NCBI GenBank assembly: GCA_023136205.1
Contig: JAGLRQ010000090.1
Location: 1-10,836 of the forward strand
Reading direction: 5' to 3'
DNA from: Candidatus Auribacterota bacterium
Lineage (GTDB): Bacteria > Auribacterota > UBA6266
DNA: 10,836 bases
Positions 7,469 to 10,836 of the stretch are shown here, piece after piece. A program made the position numbers and the translations under genes. Position 1 is the first letter of the stretch; the number at the start of each line of letters is the position of its first letter. The notes beneath the pieces were generated by a model. That model had not been told where the DNA came from, searched no databases, and was given only the letters and a program-made list of their open reading frames with translations.

Positions 7469-8135
7469 CGTTAATGTCAGGTTTCCATTCAACATGAAAA
7501 TCAGCAAATAGATGGTTCGCGCCACCGTTGTGCCGGCGTTCTATTATATTCTCGTAAAAATCAGGGTTGGATTTCCATGCCCCCTGATGAACTACCTCTG
7601 TTTCAGCATCAAAGAGAACTACTATCTCAGAAGGATGGGCAAGGTCATAATAAGCAACCTCTTCTGTATACAGCATCAGATTATACGAATAAGAGATCTC
7701 TACCTTAAACGGCTCATTTGGCGGCGGGTTATCAGCATCCACATTTATGATCATAGGGGTCTTGTCTGAAGGACACACATACAAATCTTCATCTGACAGA
7801 CTGGGAATCAACGTAGCACCCATAGGTTTTGGAACTACAAGAATAACCCATTTGCCGGCTTTTCCGGGGGTAAACGTATATAAATAAGGAGGCCAGGCTC
7901 CATCATGTTCCGTTACGTACATCCCAAAGCCGTATCCAAGCTGTTTTAGATTATTCATGCAAACAGCTCGATTTGCCTTTTCCCTCGCGCCCCGAAAAGA
8001 AGGAATTAGAAATGACGCCAATATAATAATAATTGAGATTGCCACAAGCATCTCAACCAGAGTAAAACCACGCCTCGCGTTACGCGACATGGATAACAAA
8101 TAATAAGTAAAGTTTTTATTTTTGGCTTTTCGCAT
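7440..8135 (-). CDS. Prepilin-type N-terminal cleavage/methylation domain protein of the H-X9-DG pseudopilin family (here H-X9-DF).
   Basis: 231-aa ORF. The class III signal ...NARRG|FTLVEMLVAISIIIILASFLIPS carries the G-F-T-L-x-E motif and a hydrophobic helix. The C-terminal RHNGGANHLFADFHVEW matches the H-x9-D[G] signature of the large PVC-type paralog family (TIGR04294/DUF1559-like). A shorter start at the ATG at 8090 (MSRNARRGFTLVEM) would give a typical 8-residue leader and may be the true start. Confidence 0.9.
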   Translation of the reverse strand: MRKAKNKNFTYYLLSMSRNARRGFTLVEMLVAISIIIILASFLIPSFRGAREKANRAVCMNNLKQLGYGFGMYVTEHDGAWPPYLYTFTPGKAGKWVILVVPKPMGATLIPSLSDEDLYVCPSDKTPMIINVDADNPPPNEPFKVEISYSYNLMLYTEEVAYYDLAHPSEIVVLFDAETEVVHQGAWKSNPDFYENIIERRHNGGANHLFADFHVEWKPDINDDNIIPVAR

Positions 8136-8215
8136 ATGCTGTTAACAAAAACTTCCCGGGGTTCTCCTGTATCTGTTTTTTTCAATACAAACAGGGGCAA
8201 ATGTATTTCCCGATT

Positions 8216-8749
8216 CTATTTTTCACAGGGAAACAGCCTTTTCAGTTCAGCCAATTTTTTCAGCGTCTTCTTTTTATTAAATTCCGCGTCCAGCATTATC
8301 TTCTCAAGCTCATCCACTCCGGACTTGACCTCGTATAAATGCCTAAGCATCTTATTAAAAGACTCTCCTATTTCAGGAACAGCATCATCATCTCTGAACT
8401 GTATTTTATCGGGAAGGTTTCCTTCAGACATCTGATCAAGATACATCTCTATCCTGAAAAGGGCCCCGGCAACCCTGTGGGAAATCATAATGCTCAGAAG
8501 AAAACAAACCAAACACGCCACAATAGCGGGAGCAATAAGATACTTGATTAAGGTAAGATTAAGGCCTTCTATCGATTCACTGGATATTACACCCTCATCC
8601 TGAGCTGTCGTTATGAGGTAATTTATACACGTGTTGTAAACTATAAGCGCGGTAACGAGCATCGATACAATTACAATCCACATCACAAATATGGAGTATT
8701 TGTACTGAAAGCTCTTTAAAAAATAATTTTTAAATTTGCGCTTTTGCAT
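8216..8749 (-). CDS. Stand-alone HAMP-domain membrane protein (two TM helices, a short external loop, HAMP, and a short coiled-coil tail with no output domain).
   Basis: The track ORF 8216..8842 begins at a TTG and would read through the riboswitch and its terminator, so I reject that extension. The ATG at 8749 gives MQKRKFKNYFLKSFQYKYSIFVMWIVIVSMLVTALIVY (TM1). After about 25 aa comes LIAPAIVACLVCFLLSIMI (TM2). The HAMP-like region is SHRVAGALFRIEMYLDQMSEGNLPDKIQFRDDDAVPEIGESFNKMLRHL. Confidence 0.8.
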   Translation of the reverse strand: MQKRKFKNYFLKSFQYKYSIFVMWIVIVSMLVTALIVYNTCINYLITTAQDEGVISSESIEGLNLTLIKYLIAPAIVACLVCFLLSIMISHRVAGALFRIEMYLDQMSEGNLPDKIQFRDDDAVPEIGESFNKMLRHLYEVKSGVDELEKIMLDAEFNKKKTLKKLAELKRLFPCEK

Positions 8750-8776
8750 GTTGTTCCGGATTATACCATATAACTC

Positions 8777-8810
8777 AAAAATTAACCCATTCTTTCCCCG
8801 GAAGAATGGG
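8777..8810 (-). terminator. Intrinsic terminator forming the expression platform of the c-di-GMP-I riboswitch.
   Basis: The minus strand reads CCCATTCTT-CCGGGGA-AAGAATGGG followed by TTAATTTTT. It is a perfect 9-bp stem (8802-8810 with 8786-8794), a 7-nt loop and a U-rich tail at 8777-8785. It lies between the aptamer and the ATG at 8749. Confidence 0.8.
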
Positions 8811-8824
8811 CACGCCCAGACGCC

Positions 8825-8910
8825 ACCCCAGCAACCAGACAACCCTATCTTCCCAGACTTAGGCTCCCGGCTTTGCGTCCTACCCTTTCGGAGTAGTTTG
8901 CCTTTTTCCG
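8825..8910 (-). promoter_or_regulatory. c-di-GMP-I (GEMM-I, type 1) riboswitch aptamer.
   Basis: The minus-strand RNA reads AAAAAGGCAAACUACUCCGAAAGGGUAGGACGCAAAGCCGGGAGCCUAAGUCUGGGAAGAUAGGGUUGUCUGGUUGCUGGGG. It shares the GEMM-I signature GGCAAAC...CGAAAG...GGACGCAAAGCC...GCCUAA with the Vibrio cholerae Vc2 aptamer, as I recall that sequence. Hand fold: a basal helix GGCAA/UUGCU; a P1 hairpin CUAC(U)CC-GAAA-GGGUAG with a GNRA tetraloop; and a P2 of CCGGGAGCC/GGUU(G)UCUGG enclosing CCUAAG/UAGGG. That last element is one nucleotide off the 11-nt GAAA tetraloop receptor CCUAAG/UAUGG. P2 is capped by GUCU-GGGA-AGAU. The core spans 8830-8902. Confidence 0.82.
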
Positions 8911-8941
8911 CATTAACTACTTTCTAACTCCCTACACCTGT

Positions 8942-8970
8942 ATTATACCATAGATTACGGTATAATTTAA
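8942..8970 (-). promoter_or_regulatory. Candidate promoter of the riboswitch-led transcript (extended -10 TGgTATAAT).
   Basis: On the minus strand, TATAAT is at 8942-8947 with TG at 8949-8950. A weak -35 TTAAAT lies at 8965-8970 with a 17-nt spacer. The predicted TSS is about 30-35 nt upstream of the aptamer GGCAAAC. Motif match only. Confidence 0.4.
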
Positions 8971-9069
8971 GGGCCCCTACATACTTTTTGTTCTTAGATA
9001 AGCTGCTGCGGTATCGATAGTTAGATTTTTTAAACCAATTATCACAAAGTCGTTAATGTTAAAAAACAT

Positions 9070-10017
9070 TCATTTACCGGTTTTGGGCATTCTGCGTTTT
9101 GGTATAGTAAAACAAAATGTACTCCCCTTTTTTATTTTAGATTCAGCCCAAATCCTGCCGCCATGCAGCTCAACAATTTTTTTGCTGATTGAAAGGCCTA
9201 AACCTGTACCTTTTTCTCCAGGGCCGTGTACTCTGTCAAACTGCTGGAATTTATTGAACAGTTTGGACACGTCACCTCCGGACATACCCACACCCGTATC
9301 CGAAACGGATATCATTACTGAACCATCCGCGTCGTCATCCGCCCTTACCGTTATTTTTCCGTTTACCGGTGTAAACTTAAGGGAATTGCTAACCAGATTT
9401 GTTAATATCTGAATAAGTTTATCACTGTCCGCGTATATGCGGGATACCTTTTTGGATAAACTTGTCTCAAGAACAATCTTTTTTTCTTTTGCTTTTGATT
9501 GAAAATCTTCAACTATTTTTTTAATAAATTTAGCTGTATCAACAGAAGATCTTTTAAGTTCCATCTCTCCGGCTTCCAGTTTAGATATATCCAAAAGACC
9601 ATCAATAATCCTGGTTAAACGAGCAATATTTTCAAGCACTTGAGAAAGAATGCTAACCTGTTTCTCATTAACATCCCCCAATATTCTATCACTAATAAGC
9701 GCGACGCCTTCCTGTATAATGGTAAGAGGCGTGCGTAATTCATGCGACACCGTAGCGACAAAATCTGATTTTAGGTCGTCAAGCCTCTGAAGTTCTCTAT
9801 TTTTAGTTTCCAGCTCTTTATAAAGCAGCTTAATATTCTCGTTGGTTTTTTTTAGGCCCCAGGTTTGTGTTTTCAGCGCATCCTTAACTTTTTTAAGTTC
9901 TGCTTTCAGTTTTTTAACACTGGCCCGCGATTCTTTAAGTTGCGCGATCCGAGTATTTAGAACCTTTATTTCTTCTATAAACTGCTCTCTGGTTTTTCCT
10001 CTGGCAATCACTTTCAA
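9070..10017 (-). CDS. Cytoplasmic sensor histidine kinase (N-terminal coiled coil, HisKA, HATPase_c; no TM segment or recognisable sensor domain).
   Basis: 315-aa ORF. Motifs: H-box FVATVSHELRTPLT, N-box ILTNLVSNSLKFT, G1 VSDTGVGM, G2 GTGLGLSISKKIV. The N-terminal ~75 aa are heptad-rich (IEEIKVLNTRIAQLKESRASVKKLKAELKKVKDALK). The track start at 10017 is TTG directly abutting GGGAG. The GTG at 10011 has 6-nt spacing from that RBS and is the more likely start. Confidence 0.9.
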   Translation of the reverse strand: MKVIARGKTREQFIEEIKVLNTRIAQLKESRASVKKLKAELKKVKDALKTQTWGLKKTNENIKLLYKELETKNRELQRLDDLKSDFVATVSHELRTPLTIIQEGVALISDRILGDVNEKQVSILSQVLENIARLTRIIDGLLDISKLEAGEMELKRSSVDTAKFIKKIVEDFQSKAKEKKIVLETSLSKKVSRIYADSDKLIQILTNLVSNSLKFTPVNGKITVRADDDADGSVMISVSDTGVGMSGGDVSKLFNKFQQFDRVHGPGEKGTGLGLSISKKIVELHGGRIWAESKIKKGSTFCFTIPKRRMPKTGK

Positions 10018-10031
10018 CTCCCTTCTTAATT

Positions 10032-10391
10032 TTATATAAGCCTCTTAATTGCTTCAATCAATGATTTGTAGTCCATAGTCTTTACAGTAAAATCATCCGC
10101 GCCTGATTTTTTGACCTTTAAAGCATCAACAGCATCAACCTTGCTTGTAACCACAATAATTGGTATCTTAATGTTTTTAGTACTTTTTAGAATTCGGCAC
10201 ACCTGGTGGCCATCCATATCCGGAAGCATAATATCTAAAACAATTAAATCCGGCTTATTCTGATATGCCTGTTTTATACCGGAACTTCCATCAATCGCGG
10301 TTATAACATCATACCCCTCATACACAAGCCTGTCTCTCAGTGTGGCTAAAATGTTGGGTTCATCATCAATAATAAGAACCTTCTTTGGCAT
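10032..10391 (-). CDS. Single-domain response regulator (CheY-like receiver only).
   Basis: 119-aa ORF with an ATG at 10391 preceded by GAGGAG. Receiver hallmarks: acidic pair IIDDE, phospho-acceptor LIVLDIMLPDMDG, VVTSK, and the conserved Lys in FTVK. There is no output domain. The stop lies 14-20 nt from the kinase start. Confidence 0.9.
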   Translation of the reverse strand: MPKKVLIIDDEPNILATLRDRLVYEGYDVITAIDGSSGIKQAYQNKPDLIVLDIMLPDMDGHQVCRILKSTKNIKIPIIVVTSKVDAVDALKVKKSGADDFTVKTMDYKSLIEAIKRLI

Positions 10392-10403
10392 TGTTATCTC
10401 CTC

Positions 10404-10836
10404 TCACAAATGTTCAACAACTGTTTCCTGTCTATAAACCTCCGAAGCTTTTTCAATTAATTCTTTCGGCGACATAGCTTCATCCGGATATGCCGCGGCA
10501 CCAAAGGTTATTTTCACGGACTCCGGAATTTTTTTGGCTTTAACCAGATCCAAAAACCTGCTGATAACTGCTTTCGTTAATCTATCCACCAGCATCTTTA
10601 CATCTTCTCTGCCGGCACCGTTCAGGGAAAATGCGATTTTATTTTCTTTATATCTCACTGCCAGATCCGTCCTGCCGCGCAGTATTTTTCCTGCCGCCTC
10701 TTCTAATTCAGATAAAATATCTTCAGTCTTGCCGGCCCCAAACAATTTCTTAATCTCATTAAAATTAAGTATGTCTATTAAAATAAGCAACATGGTAGAT
10801 TGTGTGTCTTTGGCCTTTTGCAGGCTGTCATCCAGG
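10404..10836 (-). CDS. Degenerate (catalytically inactive) GGDEF-domain protein. Only the C-terminal portion is present; the N-terminus runs off the right edge.
   Basis: The track gives 10404..10793 from an internal ATG, but the frame stays open upstream to the window edge (...LDDSLQKAKDTQSTMLLILIDILNF...). It aligns by eye to the GGDEF fold. LLILIDILNFNEIKKLFG corresponds to llliDiDhFKxiNDxyG. AVRYKENKIAFSL corresponds to vaRyGGDEFavll, with GGDEF replaced by KENKI. ITFGAAAYPDEAMSPKELIEKA corresponds to vtvSiGvAxyp...ellxxAD. The I-site position reads GRTD, not RxxD. Confidence 0.7.
   Translation of the reverse strand, partial: LDDSLQKAKDTQSTMLLILIDILNFNEIKKLFGAGKTEDILSELEEAAGKILRGRTDLAVRYKENKIAFSLNGAGREDVKMLVDRLTKAVISRFLDLVKAKKIPESVKITFGAAAYPDEAMSPKELIEKASEVYRQETVVEHL

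Noticed and set aside
7469-7525. GTG-initiated 5' extension of the zinc-ribbon ORF (MARTIYLLIFMLNGNLTLT...).
   Set aside because: It would overlap the pseudopilin gene by 86 nt and has no RBS. The ATG at 7468 gives a conventional basic N-terminus plus TM anchor. The start remains uncertain, so the extension is rejected only provisionally.
8006-8200. 64-aa minus-strand ORF overlapping the 5' end of the pseudopilin gene.
   Set aside because: It is out of frame with, and largely contained in, a gene that has an unambiguous prepilin signal. It has no motif and is most likely spurious.
8750-8842. N-terminal extension of the HAMP ORF (MSGCWGGVWACPFFRGKNGLIFELYGIIRNN...) from the TTG at 8842.
   Set aside because: It starts on TTG with no RBS. 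It also reads straight through the GEMM-I aptamer 3' half and the 9-bp terminator hairpin. The ATG at 8749 yields a normal basic N-terminus followed by TM1.
9055-9072. AT-rich palindrome AATGTT-AAAAAA-CATT overlapping the histidine kinase stop codon.
   Set aside because: The stem is only 4-5 A-U-rich base pairs and would not be stable. It is not a credible terminator.
2799-10039. All plus-strand ORFs in the track: 2799-3098, 3106-3420, 3907-4185, 6046-6360, 6318-6704, 6412-6861, 7016-7336, 7290-7511, 7512-7769, 8136-8435, 8339-8551, 8736-8927, 9056-9412, 9842-10039.
   Set aside because: Each lies antisense to a minus-strand gene that has clear domain motifs. Their translations are low-complexity S/F/L/I-rich strings, typical of shadow frames in AT-rich DNA. 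None has a recognisable motif or a convincing RBS.
1-10836. Search by eye for a CRISPR array, IS element or transposase, integrase, tRNA/rRNA, or long direct or terminal inverted repeats.
   Set aside because: I saw no regularly spaced repeats, no transposase- or integrase-like ORF and no tRNA-like cloverleaf region. A proper scan (tRNAscan-SE, ISfinder BLAST, MinCED) would be needed to exclude them formally.

Overview
AT-rich bacterial window, probably from an uncultured lineage. The H-X9-DG-type pseudopilin is typical of the PVC group (Planctomycetes/Verrucomicrobia/Lentisphaerae) and related candidate phyla. All eleven credible genes lie on the minus strand, and every plus-strand ORF in the track looks like an antisense shadow. 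The dominant theme is c-di-GMP signalling. In transcription order (right to left) the genes are: (1) a degenerate GGDEF-domain protein, open at the right edge; (2) a single-domain CheY-like receiver; (3) a sensor-less cytoplasmic histidine kinase; (4) a promoter-like box, a hand-folded type-1 GEMM-I (c-di-GMP-I) riboswitch and an intrinsic terminator; (5) a stand-alone HAMP membrane protein; (6) a prepilin-type H-X9-DG family pseudopilin; (7) a membrane-anchored four-CxxC zinc-ribbon protein; (8) a secreted K/E-rich protein; (9) an orphan MalK/UgpC/MsmX-type ABC ATPase with a textbook terminator; (10, 11) two tandem paralogous TM-GAF-GGDEF diguanylate cyclases; (12) the N-terminal part of a kinase-like/AAA_16 ATPase protein, open at the left edge, whose kinase catalytic motifs are degenerate. 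The most interesting object is the riboswitch-gated HAMP/pseudopilin/zinc-ribbon cassette, which is flanked by c-di-GMP synthesis and sensing genes. I saw no rRNA, tRNA, CRISPR array, transposase or integrase. All domain calls come from motif reading by eye, with no database search.
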